From contig JAUIMI010000001.1 of NCBI GenBank assembly GCA_030433255.1, positions 311,362 to 375,361 of the forward strand: a stretch of 64,000 nt of DNA. Reading direction: 5' to 3'. This stretch comes from a bacterium (GTDB lineage Bacteria; Patescibacteriota; Minisyncoccia; Phycocordibacterales; UBA1006). The first letter of the stretch is position 1; every line of letters starts with the position of its first letter. The notes under the pieces are model-generated. The model saw only the letters and a list, made by a program, of their open reading frames with translations. It did no database searches and was not told where the DNA came from. The translations under genes were made by a program, and so were the position numbers. This document shows, piece after piece, positions 40,455 through 51,358 of this stretch.

Positions 40455-41069
40455 CTATTTGGTAATATTCTCAAATAATTCTGGAAACGTTTCATCAAGA
40501 AAATGAAAACGATTACTAAATACATGTAATTGTGATTTTGGTAAATGTTCGTGATATTTTTTAGACTCCGAAAAAGGAACAATGGTGTCGTCTGTGGAAT
40601 GGTAAATATGAATATTTTCAATATTATTCTCAAAAAAATTTTTTGGAAATTCTTGTATTTTAAAATCAGCTAATTGCTCTATGTCATCTTCATAATCATA
40701 GACTGCCGCAACTAGATGTAATTGTTTAATATTAATAGGTAATTTGTTTTCAGATAAATATTTTCCTAAAAAGGTACCACCCAAAGAGTGGCCAATCAAA
40801 ATTACATTTTCATTAAGAAATGGGATTAATTTTTCAAACCATATTTTCCATTCTATATATTTAGCATTATTTTTACTTGGCATTATTGGTGCATAGACTT
40901 CATATAAATTAGTATCTAAATACCGATAGTAATTTTTACTCCAGCGACTTTGATCTTGGGGATGCTCAAAAGAAATATCAAGTTCATTTTTTAAAATAGA
41001 CAAATATCTTTCATACGAATTAAAGGCCATTCCACCATGTATATGTACTATCTGTTGTTTTTGACTCAT
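40455..41069 (-). CDS. RBBP9/YdeN family alpha/beta hydrolase
   Basis: IHGG, GHSLGG, HSTDD.IVP, HF. Confidence 0.88.
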   Translation of the reverse strand: MSQKQQIVHIHGGMAFNSYERYLSILKNELDISFEHPQDQSRWSKNYYRYLDTNLYEVYAPIMPSKNNAKYIEWKIWFEKLIPFLNENVILIGHSLGGTFLGKYLSENKLPINIKQLHLVAAVYDYEDDIEQLADFKIQEFPKNFFENNIENIHIYHSTDDTIVPFSESKKYHEHLPKSQLHVFSNRFHFLDETFPELFENITK

Positions 41070-41098
41070 TGAATTAAGTATAACAAAAAAAACAAAGA

Positions 41099-42100
41099 TT
41101 ACTCTTCGTTTTCTAATTCATCTTGTTTTTCTAAGATAACGTCTATAACCTTTGCTAACGAACCTGTCATAATACCATTGATATTTGACCATGATTCTTT
41201 AATCCGATGGTCGGTAATGCGATCTTGTGGAAAATTATACGTTCGAATTTTTTCAGACCTATCTCCTGTTCCAATTTGTTTACGTCTCATTCCATCTTGT
41301 TTTGCTCGGTCTTCTTCATCTTTGATGGCTTGTAATTTAGATTTTAAAATTGAAAGCGCAGCTTCTTTGTTTTTTAACTGTGTTCTATGTGCTGTTGATC
41401 GAACATCTAAACCAGATGGTTTATGGATAACCCGTACTGCTGTTTCTACCTTATTAACGTTTTGTCCACCAGCTCCACCTGAACGCGAAGTTTCAAATTC
41501 CAAATCTCCTGGGTTAAGTTCAATAGTGGTTCTTTTAAACAATGGCATAACCGCAACAGAAACAGTTGAGGTGTGAATGCGGCCTTGTTTTTCAGTTGCC
41601 GGAATACGTTGTACTCGATGCACTCCTGTTTCCCATTGTAGGTATTTATAGACATCTTCACCTTTAATTTCAAATGAGGCTTCTTTGTATCCACCTAATT
41701 CATTCAAGGATGTATCAATGAGTGACCATGACCACGGCATTGTTTCTGCATACCGTTCATACATTTCTGCTATTTCTTTTGCAAACAATGATGCCTCATC
41801 GCCACCAGCTCCAGCACGAATTTCCAAAATAATTTCACGTGGAGATTCTTTATCTGCTTCTTCTTCTTTTGCGATGATGTCATTGGCCTGAGTAATAAAT
41901 CCATTAATTTGTTTAACAAGCGTATTAATTTCTTCCTTAACAAGGTCTTCCATTCCTGGTTCTTTTGCCATGTTTTTTGTTTCGTCTAATTTCCAACCAA
42001 GTTCTATAATTTGAGTTGCAAAATAATTTGTACTTGGACTAGATTTAATTTTTTCAATATCGTGTTCAATAATTTCCATAGATACCATACAGCATAGCAA
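41099..42100 (-). CDS. prfA: Peptide chain release factor 1 (short N-terminus)
   Basis: RAGAGGDEA, RIPATE (PxT), GGQ, RSEKIRTYN; start probably ~42079. Confidence 0.93.
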   Translation of the reverse strand: MLCCMVSMEIIEHDIEKIKSSPSTNYFATQIIELGWKLDETKNMAKEPGMEDLVKEEINTLVKQINGFITQANDIIAKEEEADKESPREIILEIRAGAGGDEASLFAKEIAEMYERYAETMPWSWSLIDTSLNELGGYKEASFEIKGEDVYKYLQWETGVHRVQRIPATEKQGRIHTSTVSVAVMPLFKRTTIELNPGDLEFETSRSGGAGGQNVNKVETAVRVIHKPSGLDVRSTAHRTQLKNKEAALSILKSKLQAIKDEEDRAKQDGMRRKQIGTGDRSEKIRTYNFPQDRITDHRIKESWSNINGIMTGSLAKVIDVILEKQDELENEE

Positions 42101-42151
42101 AAATAGGCAAATAAAAAACCCAATACCTGGTAGGTATTGGGTTTTTTCTAA

Positions 42152-42655
42152 TTAGATTTTCTTAGAAACAAGTTCTTTATTATTTTTTGATTTTTCTTTT
42201 TTAATTTCCTTAGCTAAAAGTAAAAAGTTTCTGATTTTTTTCTCATACAAGTTTAACTGCTCAAGATACTCGATTTTATACTTAATTTCTCCTGTTCCAA
42301 AATCAGGTAACAACATACCAGATTGAATGAATCCATAATATTCCTTAACAAAAACACCTTTATCTTCTATTGATATTTCTCTTAAATTATAATAATCATA
42401 ACGATCCAAGGAATTTTCAAAAAATAGTAGAGTTGTTTCTGATTTTTTTTGAACACCTATAATAAATAGATTGTTATTATAATCACGCGCACTCACAAAC
42501 ATCATTTTCTCATCGCCAAGAAAATCAAAAACAGTATCAAAACTGTTTTCAAAACCTGCTTTTAAATATTGTTCCGATACTTTTGTTTGTGAAAAAGCAA
42601 ATATCGGAAAGTATAAGATCAAAAGAAATAATTTAAGAATGATTATTTTTTTCAT
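42152..42655 (-). CDS. Hypothetical secreted protein
   Basis: MKK-type signal peptide ending AFSQ. Confidence 0.6.
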   Translation of the reverse strand: MKKIIILKLFLLILYFPIFAFSQTKVSEQYLKAGFENSFDTVFDFLGDEKMMFVSARDYNNNLFIIGVQKKSETTLLFFENSLDRYDYYNLREISIEDKGVFVKEYYGFIQSGMLLPDFGTGEIKYKIEYLEQLNLYEKKIRNFLLLAKEIKKEKSKNNKELVSKKI

Positions 42656-42708
42656 AACATCTCATTGTTAAGACTTTATTTGATTAAATCATATAAATAA
42701 AAAACCAC

Positions 42709-43038
42709 CTAGTCTTTTTTCTGGTAGTTTTCTAGAAGAACTTCAAAATTAGGAATTTCAATCTCAGCATCATAATTATCTTGAACATGTTTTGCAGCGT
42801 GCACAACACGACGTTTACATTGTTCAACATCAAATGACAATTGATTGTGAAGTTCGAAATCATATTTATCACTCTTAAAATTTTTATGCTCAACCTGTTC
42901 TAAATATTGATCATATAAGTCATACATTCTGTGCACTTCTTCAACAACAATTTCACGATAATTTTCAACAGCTTGTTCTTTTTCTCTATTACTGTATTGA
43001 TGATCTGTTTTTTTAGATTTTTTAATATCTACACTCAT
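42709..43038 (-). CDS. Hypothetical protein
   Basis: 109-aa ORF with an upstream -10 box. Confidence 0.6.
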   Translation of the reverse strand: MSVDIKKSKKTDHQYSNREKEQAVENYREIVVEEVHRMYDLYDQYLEQVEHKNFKSDKYDFELHNQLSFDVEQCKRRVVHAAKHVQDNYDAEIEIPNFEVLLENYQKKD

Positions 43039-43110
43039 TACGTACGTTATTATATCATTTTATAAAAAATAAAAAAATCAAACCATACAAATATATGGTT
43101 TGATTTTTTA

Positions 43111-43365
43111 TTATTTTTTTGATGCTTCCATTCGTTTTCGGAATTTCTCTGCTCGTCCTGCAGTATCAAGACGTTTTTCTGTTCCTGTATAAAAAGGATG
43201 AGAAGCAGAAGAAATTTCAACTTTTACTAATGGGTACTCATTTCCATCTTCCCATTTTACCATCTCTTCAGATGGCATTGTTGATGAGATAAGAAATTGT
43301 TCTCCACTTGCATTATCATGGAATACTACCTTTCGGTAATCTTGTGGGTGAATATCATTCTTCAT
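43111..43365 (-). CDS. rpmE2: 50S ribosomal protein L31 type B
   Basis: [24 protein letters not shown]. Confidence 0.93.
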   Translation of the reverse strand: MKNDIHPQDYRKVVFHDNASGEQFLISSTMPSEEMVKWEDGNEYPLVKVEISSASHPFYTGTEKRLDTAGRAEKFRKRMEASKK

Positions 43366-43412
43366 AATGCCCAAATACTATCATATTGTTTGAATTATAC
43401 AAGTAATTAATA

Positions 43413-44774
43413 TTATTTGATTAAATCAATATTAGATTGGATTTTAATGGCACGATTCATTACCCCATTTCCGTAAAATGCATTTTGAACACTTGGATCA
43501 GAACAACTTCTTCCTGAATAATATTTACATGCAGCGTCTTTCTCAGCACTGTATGTCTGTGCTCCTGCACCTAAATCAGCCACATAAAGTGCTGTTGCAT
43601 GGATTGCGTGACGTGCATTCCATGGATCTGCAGTTGTTGCACCAACAGAACGAGCAATTCTACTTTCATAGCTTGTCCATGTTGCTGGAATAAATTGCGA
43701 AGGTCCCATGGCTCCACCCCAACCTGAATAACTACCATTGATTTTAATAGGACATGACAGTGGTGTCCCAATAAGTGGTCTACCTAATTTTTTCATAAGT
43801 GCCTTATAAATAGTTTGGTCATCTCGCCACGAACCACTATTAGGACCAGGCATTATGTCGCTCCAAATTGGTTCACTCGTATTTCGGTTACAGGTTCCTA
43901 CATTTTTTCCAAGGTTTGATTCTTGCTCTAGAATTGCCAAAATAAATGCTGGACGTACACCTGTTTTATCACCTGCTTCTTTTGCATATTGATACGCAGT
44001 ACCAAATTCAATTCCACCACCAGCAAGATCTCTCAATTCAAATAATTTACTTGCAATCTCAGCAGCCTCTGCTTCTCGAAGTTTTTGTAGTTCAGCTAAG
44101 GATGCTTCTTTTTGCTCACTAACAGCAAGTGCTTGGTCACGTTGTTTTTTTTGATCTTCAATTTTTTTCTGTTCTACCTGCAAACTATACTTTGCTGCTG
44201 CTTCATCTTCTCGTTTTTGTTCAAGTGCAGATTTTTGTCCGTAAATATCAACCTTAAGTTGATCAATAATCTGAAATGAGTCTGAAAGCGAGCTTTGCAC
44301 GTATGAAAAAGCTGGAGCGTCTTCATAAAAATCAGAAACCTGTTCTGAACTTAAAATAAGCTCAAAGAGTGTTGCGTCATCTAATTCATAACGTTTCCTT
44401 AGAATCTTTTCAAGTGATTCTTTTTCTCGCCGTAATTTAGCATTTAAATCGTCTAGACTTTTTTCTTTGTCGACAATATCGTCCTTGATATTGTTAATAA
44501 GGCTATTTTTTTTATTAATTTCTGAAGAAGTTTTTTGTATTTCCCCTGTTAATTTATTGATTTCTGTTCCAAGTTCTTGCTGGATTTCAACTTCTACCTG
44601 TTTACCTGCTTGAATAATAACGATTTCCTTACTAATTTCTTGAATACGTTTTCGACAATCTTCTTCATTTTCTTCTTGATTACATTTACTTGTATCAAAC
44701 TGTGCATCTACCGGTAAGGTAGATAACAAAGCAAAAAAAAGCAGTACGCTCAGTATTTGATAATATTTGTTCAT
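43413..44774 (-). CDS. Coiled-coil lytic murein transglycosylase
   Basis: Signal peptide, coiled coil, ILEQES, GAMGPSQFIPATW, DPWN. Confidence 0.85.
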   Translation of the reverse strand: MNKYYQILSVLLFFALLSTLPVDAQFDTSKCNQEENEEDCRKRIQEISKEIVIIQAGKQVEVEIQQELGTEINKLTGEIQKTSSEINKKNSLINNIKDDIVDKEKSLDDLNAKLRREKESLEKILRKRYELDDATLFELILSSEQVSDFYEDAPAFSYVQSSLSDSFQIIDQLKVDIYGQKSALEQKREDEAAAKYSLQVEQKKIEDQKKQRDQALAVSEQKEASLAELQKLREAEAAEIASKLFELRDLAGGGIEFGTAYQYAKEAGDKTGVRPAFILAILEQESNLGKNVGTCNRNTSEPIWSDIMPGPNSGSWRDDQTIYKALMKKLGRPLIGTPLSCPIKINGSYSGWGGAMGPSQFIPATWTSYESRIARSVGATTADPWNARHAIHATALYVADLGAGAQTYSAEKDAACKYYSGRSCSDPSVQNAFYGNGVMNRAIKIQSNIDLIK

Positions 44775-44819
44775 AGCAATATTATATCAAAAATAAAAAA
44801 CATACCTACTTGGTATGTT

Positions 44820-45098
44820 TTATGCTTGTACTAAAAAATCAATATGTAATATTTTTCCTGAAACAACATGAACTTGCATGTCTTTCATGATAACTGTTTT
44901 TGTAGTACCTTCGATATTTAACGTAAATGGTTCTGTATCGCGAACGTCTCGCCAAACTGAACGAACTTCATTTTCCATAACTGATACTGGAATATTTTCA
45001 ATCCCTTTTCCGTATACAATTGCTGGAACTGCACCTTCTGATCGAATTGCATCTAATGATACGCTTACATCTCGTTTTTTTGCTTCCAAAGTTTTCAT
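44820..45098 (-). CDS. rplY: 50S ribosomal protein L25 (single domain)
   Basis: R..G.VPAIVYG, Q.H......HIDF. Confidence 0.88.
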   Translation of the reverse strand: MKTLEAKKRDVSVSLDAIRSEGAVPAIVYGKGIENIPVSVMENEVRSVWRDVRDTEPFTLNIEGTTKTVIMKDMQVHVVSGKILHIDFLVQA

Positions 45099-45156
45099 AT
45101 GCTGAGCATTATAGATAGATTGTCATAAATTGCAAGAATAAATCATTCTAAAGATT

Positions 45157-47076
45157 TTATCTTATTTCTGCACCAATTTTTTCTAATTCAGAAATAACAT
45201 TATTCATATCATTATCAACCTCATCATCCGTAAGTGTTTTTTCGTTTGATTGAAATACAAGTGAAAATGCAAATGAAGTCTTTCCTTCCTTTTCAAAGGT
45301 GTCAAATAAGAATACTTTTTGCAAGAAATTTGTCTTTGTACTTAATATAAGAGATTGTAACCCTTCTTCTGAATATCCTTCGGGAGACCAAAATGAAACA
45401 TCACGCGTAATAAAAGGATAGATTGATATACTGTGGAACACATCTGATTCGGTGTAACTTTTATTATTAAATAGTTCATCATATTCATCAGGAGTAGTTA
45501 ATTTCTCTGCAACCTCTGAAAGATTAATATTTAAGGTATTTCCATGAAATTCAGTAATTACATCAAAAGCAAATAGTTCTTTAATTTCCTTCAGTAATAT
45601 CTCTAACTGAACATGTTCTAATCCGTATTTTTTATTGGCTGATTTTCCATTATTTTGAATACCAATACTACATATAGCTTGCTCTTCCTCCTTTGTATAC
45701 ACTCGTCCAATTTCAAAAATTTTAATTTGGTTGGTACCAAAATAATCGACATTACGTATATTTTTTTCTAGAGACTCGTTTATCTGTTTATGTAGTGTTT
45801 TACGTAACGATTTTTTATCGCTTGCTATTGGATTAAACATTTCGATATCACCTTTTTTAACAAAAGAATAGGTCATAACATCAGAAAAACCTTTCTGAAT
45901 TAAAAAATTACGTAATTGCTGTTCAACAAAAATATTTTTATTAATTTTTGGGGTAAATATATAATTATCTAGTGATTTCGCTTTAATATTATGATATCCA
46001 TAAATACGACCAATTTCTTCGATAATATCTTCAGTAATAGTTATATCCAAACGATTATACGGAACATGTACTGTATATACTCCATCATGGTAATGATTTT
46101 GATAATTTAAACGCTCTAAAATAGCATCAACATCTGATTGATTAATTGAAACACCAAGTAGTGATTGAATTTGAGTTAGACTAACCATTACAGTCGTTTG
46201 TGGCTCTTGCTTAGGATAGATATCATTTAGTTCACCTAATACTAACTCATCAGTATGCGCACAATCAGAAACAAGACGAGACACTGATTCCATAGCAATA
46301 GGAGCTAATTCTGAACTTATCCCATTCTCAAAACGCTTTGATGCATCAGTTAATATTTTCACACGTCGTGCTGTTGTTCTGGTCGTTGTTGGATTAAAGT
46401 TAGCCACCTCAAGAACAATGTTTTTTGTATTTTCGTCCACTTCTGCTTTTGTTCCACCTTTTACCCCAGCAAGTGCCAAAATACCTTCATCATCAGCAAC
46501 AACCAAATCAGTCTCTAACAACTCAATAGTTTCCCCCGACAAGGTATCCATAGTTTCTCCTGCGTGAGCATTTCGAATAGTAATGTCTCCAGTAACTTTA
46601 TCAGCATCAAAAGCATGCATTGGGTTTCCAGTATCGAACATTACATAATTAGTTGCATCAACAATATTATTAATAGAACGTTGACCTATTGATGCTATGC
46701 GTTCCTGTAACCACCTTGGTGAATCATGGACTGATATATTATTGATAGTCCGTGCAATATATCTATAACACTGTTCAGTGTTTGTAATGGTTACCGAAAT
46801 ACTATCATGAGCGTGCGAAACAGAATTATGATAATGATAACGCTCTTTTTTTAGTTCATACCCGGTAAGAGCCTTGTACTCATGTGCTATCCCGGAATAC
46901 GACAAACAATCATGTGCACGATTTGGAAGTACATCAATGTCAATAACTGCATCATTATCAGTATATTCAATTCCCTCTATCTCAAAAGAATGCAGCATTA
47001 AGGTATCTGCAATAGATTGTGCGTCAGGTAATTCAGTTTCAAAATAGCTTTGCAGCCAGTTTCGTGAAATAAGCAT
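45157..47076 (-). CDS. pheT: Phenylalanine-tRNA ligase beta subunit (lacks the B2 OB domain)
   Basis: PNRAHDCLS, NNIVDATNYVM, EEIGRIYGY, FDX-ACB C-terminus. Confidence 0.93.
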   Translation of the reverse strand: MLISRNWLQSYFETELPDAQSIADTLMLHSFEIEGIEYTDNDAVIDIDVLPNRAHDCLSYSGIAHEYKALTGYELKKERYHYHNSVSHAHDSISVTITNTEQCYRYIARTINNISVHDSPRWLQERIASIGQRSINNIVDATNYVMFDTGNPMHAFDADKVTGDITIRNAHAGETMDTLSGETIELLETDLVVADDEGILALAGVKGGTKAEVDENTKNIVLEVANFNPTTTRTTARRVKILTDASKRFENGISSELAPIAMESVSRLVSDCAHTDELVLGELNDIYPKQEPQTTVMVSLTQIQSLLGVSINQSDVDAILERLNYQNHYHDGVYTVHVPYNRLDITITEDIIEEIGRIYGYHNIKAKSLDNYIFTPKINKNIFVEQQLRNFLIQKGFSDVMTYSFVKKGDIEMFNPIASDKKSLRKTLHKQINESLEKNIRNVDYFGTNQIKIFEIGRVYTKEEEQAICSIGIQNNGKSANKKYGLEHVQLEILLKEIKELFAFDVITEFHGNTLNINLSEVAEKLTTPDEYDELFNNKSYTESDVFHSISIYPFITRDVSFWSPEGYSEEGLQSLILSTKTNFLQKVFLFDTFEKEGKTSFAFSLVFQSNEKTLTDDEVDNDMNNVISELEKIGAEIR

Positions 47077-47077
47077 A

Positions 47078-47806
47078 TTATTTATTATCGTTTACATCTG
47101 AGTAAATAGCATCATGAAGTTTTAAATCTCCTTGGTACATAAGTCGAATATCTTCTACATTATATTTCATCATGGTTAATCTATCGATGCCAACACCAAA
47201 AGCGAAACCAGAATATTTTTCAGGATCGATACCAACATTACGTAATACATTCGGGTGTACCATTCCTGCCCCTAAGACCTCCATCCAGGTATCACCAAAT
47301 TTCAAATCAATCTCAATACCTGGCTCAACAAAAGGAAAATATCCTGGCCTGAAACGAAATTCAATAGGTCGACCATAGTAATTATGCAAAAACGTCTCTA
47401 GTGTGCCTTTCAGGTGAGCCAACGAGATTCCTTCCCCCACAACGAGACCTTCAACTTGATAAAATTGCACTTCATGTGTTTTATCAGTCGCTTCTTGTCT
47501 AAAAACTTTCCCAGGAGCAATAATTTTTAAAGGAAGTTCTCGTCCTGACTTAATAAATTCTTCCATAAAACGAATTTGTACAGAAGATGTATGCGTACGC
47601 AAAACTTTTTTTTCTTTACCTCGAACAAAAAATGTATCCTGCATATCACGTGCTGGGTGATTTTTTGGAACGTTGAGTGCGTCAAAATTATGCCACTCAT
47701 CTTCAATATGTGGACCGTCCGCAATCTCAAACCCCATATCAACAAAAATATTGCTAATAGTTCTAATTGTTTGTGAAAGTGGATGTAATTTTCCTGTATT
47801 TTTCAT
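47078..47806 (-). CDS. pheS: Phenylalanine-tRNA ligase alpha subunit (lacks the N-terminal coiled coil)
   Basis: G.LHP, HPARDMQDTF, LRTHTS, FPFVEP, GFAFG. Confidence 0.95.
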   Translation of the reverse strand: MKNTGKLHPLSQTIRTISNIFVDMGFEIADGPHIEDEWHNFDALNVPKNHPARDMQDTFFVRGKEKKVLRTHTSSVQIRFMEEFIKSGRELPLKIIAPGKVFRQEATDKTHEVQFYQVEGLVVGEGISLAHLKGTLETFLHNYYGRPIEFRFRPGYFPFVEPGIEIDLKFGDTWMEVLGAGMVHPNVLRNVGIDPEKYSGFAFGVGIDRLTMMKYNVEDIRLMYQGDLKLHDAIYSDVNDNK

Positions 47807-47902
47807 ACTATCGAGTGTACCTGAAATAGAACTATTTATAAATATATTGACATAAATATTTATACGTGATATAAAATTAAAAACACATTAAAATTAACCA
47901 TT

Positions 47903-48178
47903 ATGAAAAAATCTGATTTTATAACAATAGGACATTGTTTTTTTATGCTTATTCTTCTTTTGTGGTTTGTAACAGGTGCGAGTGCTGTAGTTAGCACAGA
48001 TCCAAACAATTGGAGTGCTGAAATATATTTAGGCACATGCCTTCTTACAATTTATATTTATAAAAAAATATTTAATAAAAAAATAAAAAAAATATTTAAT
48101 GCCATAGAGCGAGCAGGAGACAAATTCGATGAAGACATAGAAACAATTACTAATTTTTTTGAGACAAAAAACAAATAA
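47903..48178 (+). CDS. Hypothetical two-TM protein (ORFan)
   Basis: TTGACA-17-TATAAA promoter, A-rich leader and downstream hairpin. Confidence 0.55.
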   Translation: MKKSDFITIGHCFFMLILLLWFVTGASAVVSTDPNNWSAEIYLGTCLLTIYIYKKIFNKKIKKIFNAIERAGDKFDEDIETITNFFETKNK

Positions 48179-48225
48179 GAAGATTAAATTCACAATAAAA
48201 ACCCTTAGAGATTCTTAAGGGTTTT

Positions 48226-49662
48226 TTATTTCAATAATTCAGTAAATAGTTCGGTAAGAATTTTAGGATTTCCTGCCCCTTTTGTTTCCTTCATTCCCAT
48301 TCCTACAAAGAATTTCATTAAGGTCTCCTTTCCTGCTTTATAATCTGCAACTTGATTAGGATTTGATTCAATAATCGATTGTACAACAGCTTTTAATACC
48401 TCAGGATCATTATCTTGAATAAGCCCTTTTTCGTTTGCAATAGTTTCTGGATCTCCACCGTCTTTAATTAAGATGGCCAAAATATCTTTACCACCACGGG
48501 AATTCAAATCCCCACCGTCAACCATAGTGATAAGTTTTGCGAACATTTTAGAATCTAATGTTTTCCATATATTCTTATTGAAATCCTTGAAATCATCTGA
48601 TTTTAAAATCCCAATAATATCAGACGTAATGTAGTTTGAAGCAGTCTTAATTAATTCTTTATCTTCATTAAAGTGAGATACAACTGACTCAAAGAACTGT
48701 GCCATCTCTTCATTTTGAATATACGATTCGATATCTTCTGCCTTAATTCTATATTCATTTTCATATCGAATACGTTTTGCTGGTGCTAATTCAGGTAATT
48801 CTGATTTCATTTTTTCTAAATCAAAAATTTCATGAAGATACAATTTTGGTAAATCTGGCTCTGGAAAATAACGATAATCTTTGGCGTTTTCTTTTGATCG
48901 TTGAGAGAAGGTAATTTGTTTTTGGTCATCCCACCCACGTGTTTCTTGAACTAACTCTTCTCCGTTTTCTAGTGCTTCAATCTGACGTCTAATTTCAAAT
49001 TCCGTTGCTTTACCAGCAGAGGCAATTGAACCAATATTCTTAACTTCAACTTTTGTTCCCAGTGTATCTGTTTTTGAAACAGATAAATTTACCTCAATAC
49101 GCATCTCCCCTTTTTCAATATTTGCATCTCCAGCATCAAGGTATCGTAATAGTAACTGTAATTCACGAGCAAAATTCATTACGTCATCACTGGTATGTAG
49201 TACTGGTTCAGTAACTAATTCCATTAGTGGCGCTCCTGCACGATTAAAATCAACCAATGAATAATCATCAAAGTGTTTTGAGGTTGCGGTATCTTCTTCT
49301 AGATGAATACGAGTTAACTCAAACCCAGCCAAGGAACCTCCAGAAACAATAGGATATTTATACTGTGATATTTGATACCCTTTTGGTATATCTGGATAAA
49401 AATAATTTTTTCTATCAAATTCAGTAAAGTTTGCAATAGTTCCATCAACAGCCAACCCAATACGGACCATATGTTCAACAGCCTTTTTATTAATAGTTGG
49501 TAGTGTTCCTGGGTGAGCTAGGTCAACAGGAGATATATTTTGATTTGGCCCTGCATGATGTGGATCATTTAATGACATTGAAAACATTTTTGTTTTTGTT
49601 TTTAAATGAGCGTGGATTTCTAATCCAATAGTTGCAGTATAACCTTTCATTTCTATATTCAT
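48226..49662 (-). CDS. gatB: Asp/Glu-tRNA amidotransferase subunit B
   Basis: IGLEIH, RKNYFYPD, HLEED, DYRYFPEPDL. Confidence 0.97.
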   Translation of the reverse strand: MNIEMKGYTATIGLEIHAHLKTKTKMFSMSLNDPHHAGPNQNISPVDLAHPGTLPTINKKAVEHMVRIGLAVDGTIANFTEFDRKNYFYPDIPKGYQISQYKYPIVSGGSLAGFELTRIHLEEDTATSKHFDDYSLVDFNRAGAPLMELVTEPVLHTSDDVMNFARELQLLLRYLDAGDANIEKGEMRIEVNLSVSKTDTLGTKVEVKNIGSIASAGKATEFEIRRQIEALENGEELVQETRGWDDQKQITFSQRSKENAKDYRYFPEPDLPKLYLHEIFDLEKMKSELPELAPAKRIRYENEYRIKAEDIESYIQNEEMAQFFESVVSHFNEDKELIKTASNYITSDIIGILKSDDFKDFNKNIWKTLDSKMFAKLITMVDGGDLNSRGGKDILAILIKDGGDPETIANEKGLIQDNDPEVLKAVVQSIIESNPNQVADYKAGKETLMKFFVGMGMKETKGAGNPKILTELFTELLK

Positions 49663-49754
49663 GTTTTCTATTCTAAAGGATGAGTAAGAAAATACAATGT
49701 TATTTGATTTTAATAAAAAAAGTGGTATTTTGAGTAAAAAATAAATAAATAATT

Positions 49755-50129
49755 ATGATATTGTATGCACCACAAGATTGGAAGAAAAAAAATACTCACT
49801 TTCCTATTTTGATTACCTATGAAACAGGGATACTTATAGAGAGAGAAGTGGCTAAGCAACTGCTTGAAATGTATCCTGACATTAATGACCTTTCGCAATT
49901 ACACAAAGAAAAAATTTCTGCTGATCGTTATCAAATAAATCTCAGATTTGATAAGTTAGATGTAATAGCTGGTTTTTCAACTAATATCTTCATTGTTAAA
50001 AATAGTATAACCAAAGAAAAATTATATGAATTTCTTAATTGGGATATATGTCAGAAAGAAAAAAATAAACGAATACGAAAAAAACTTTCTGGAAACATAT
50101 TCTTAAAACTGTTACGTACTTCCGCCTAA
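49755..50129 (+). CDS. Hypothetical protein (ORFan)
   Basis: Counter-oriented ORF with A-rich leader and downstream hairpin. Confidence 0.5.
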   Translation: MILYAPQDWKKKNTHFPILITYETGILIEREVAKQLLEMYPDINDLSQLHKEKISADRYQINLRFDKLDVIAGFSTNIFIVKNSITKEKLYEFLNWDICQKEKNKRIRKKLSGNIFLKLLRTSA

Positions 50130-50159
50130 AGAAAAACCCAACGAGAGTTGGGTTTTAAA

Positions 50160-51137
50160 TTATTTATTATCTAGGTATTGAGTCAGTATTGATTTAAATT
50201 CTTTTATTGAATCATCATCATATGCGGTCATAGTGTAAATATGATTGTGTCCAGTAGTCTTTTTAAAATCATCTATTATTTTTTCAAGATCATTTTTTTC
50301 AACAAGATCATTTTTGGATAACAAGATAATTTCATCTTTCTGGGTAAGAGATAGATCGTAATCTTCAAGTTCTTTTCGAATTGTCGTGTAATCATCCAGT
50401 GGGTTTTCAGAATCAAGTCCTACAACATGTACCAAAGCTTTTGTTCGCTTAATATGTCGTAAAAATTTATAACCAAGCCCTTTTCCTTCTGAAGCTCCTT
50501 TAATAATACCAGGAATATCAGCAAGAATATAACCATGCATATCACCAAGATGTGGATCAAGTGTTGTAAAATGGTACGCTGCAACTTTTGATTTTGCATT
50601 AGTGAGGGCGTTTAATAACGTTGATTTTCCGGCACTTGGCAAACCAACAAAACCAATATCAGCAAACAATCGGAGTTCTACGTTAAAATTACCTTCTTGT
50701 CCTGGTGTTCCGGGTGTCCATTCATAAGGTGTTGTGTTTGTTGAAGATTTAAAGTGAGTATTTCCTAAACCTCCACGTCCACCCTCTAAGATGAGAACCT
50801 TCTCTCCAATTTCAGCAACTTCAAATTCTTGTCCTGTTTCAGTATTAGTGAGAACCGTTCCTCGTGGAAATTTCAAAGTTAAATCATCACCATTTCGACC
50901 TTCTTTTTCATTATTACCTCCAGGTACACCATCTTCTGCTGCAAAATGTTTTTTATGAAGATAGTAGTCAAGGTAACCTAAATCAGGAACGGCTTCTATG
51001 TAAACATTTCCACCAGCACCACCATTTCCTCCTCCTGGACCTCCTTTTGGACGAAATTTTTCTTGTTTCCAGCGAACAACACCATCACCTCCATCGCCAG
51101 CTTTAATATCTAATTGTACTTCATCTATAAAAGCCAT
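50160..51137 (-). CDS. obgE: GTPase Obg (no C-terminal domain)
   Basis: Gly-rich Obg fold, GLPSAGKS, YHFTT, DIPG. Confidence 0.95.
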   Translation of the reverse strand: MAFIDEVQLDIKAGDGGDGVVRWKQEKFRPKGGPGGGNGGAGGNVYIEAVPDLGYLDYYLHKKHFAAEDGVPGGNNEKEGRNGDDLTLKFPRGTVLTNTETGQEFEVAEIGEKVLILEGGRGGLGNTHFKSSTNTTPYEWTPGTPGQEGNFNVELRLFADIGFVGLPSAGKSTLLNALTNAKSKVAAYHFTTLDPHLGDMHGYILADIPGIIKGASEGKGLGYKFLRHIKRTKALVHVVGLDSENPLDDYTTIRKELEDYDLSLTQKDEIILLSKNDLVEKNDLEKIIDDFKKTTGHNHIYTMTAYDDDSIKEFKSILTQYLDNK

Positions 51138-51228
51138 ATCTACACATATAGTATTGTTTTAAGAGTATTTTGCAAGATATCTAAAATAATGTATAACTAT
51201 CCTAAATATTACGTTTAATTAATTACAT

Positions 51229-51327
51229 ATGTTTTCTTATTTTAATTACCGAAACCAAACTCCAGAATTTTCTTATGCGGAAATTGAAGCCATAGATATG
51301 GCATTTAAAAATTTAACAAACTCTTAA
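51229..51327 (+). CDS. Candidate 32-aa small protein (not in the ORF track)
   Basis: MFSYFNYRNQTPEFSYAEIEAIDMAFKNLTNS between TTGCAA-16-TATAAC and a hairpin. Confidence 0.4.
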   Translation: MFSYFNYRNQTPEFSYAEIEAIDMAFKNLTNS

Positions 51328-51358
51328 AAACAAAAAACTCTCATCATAATGAGAGTTT

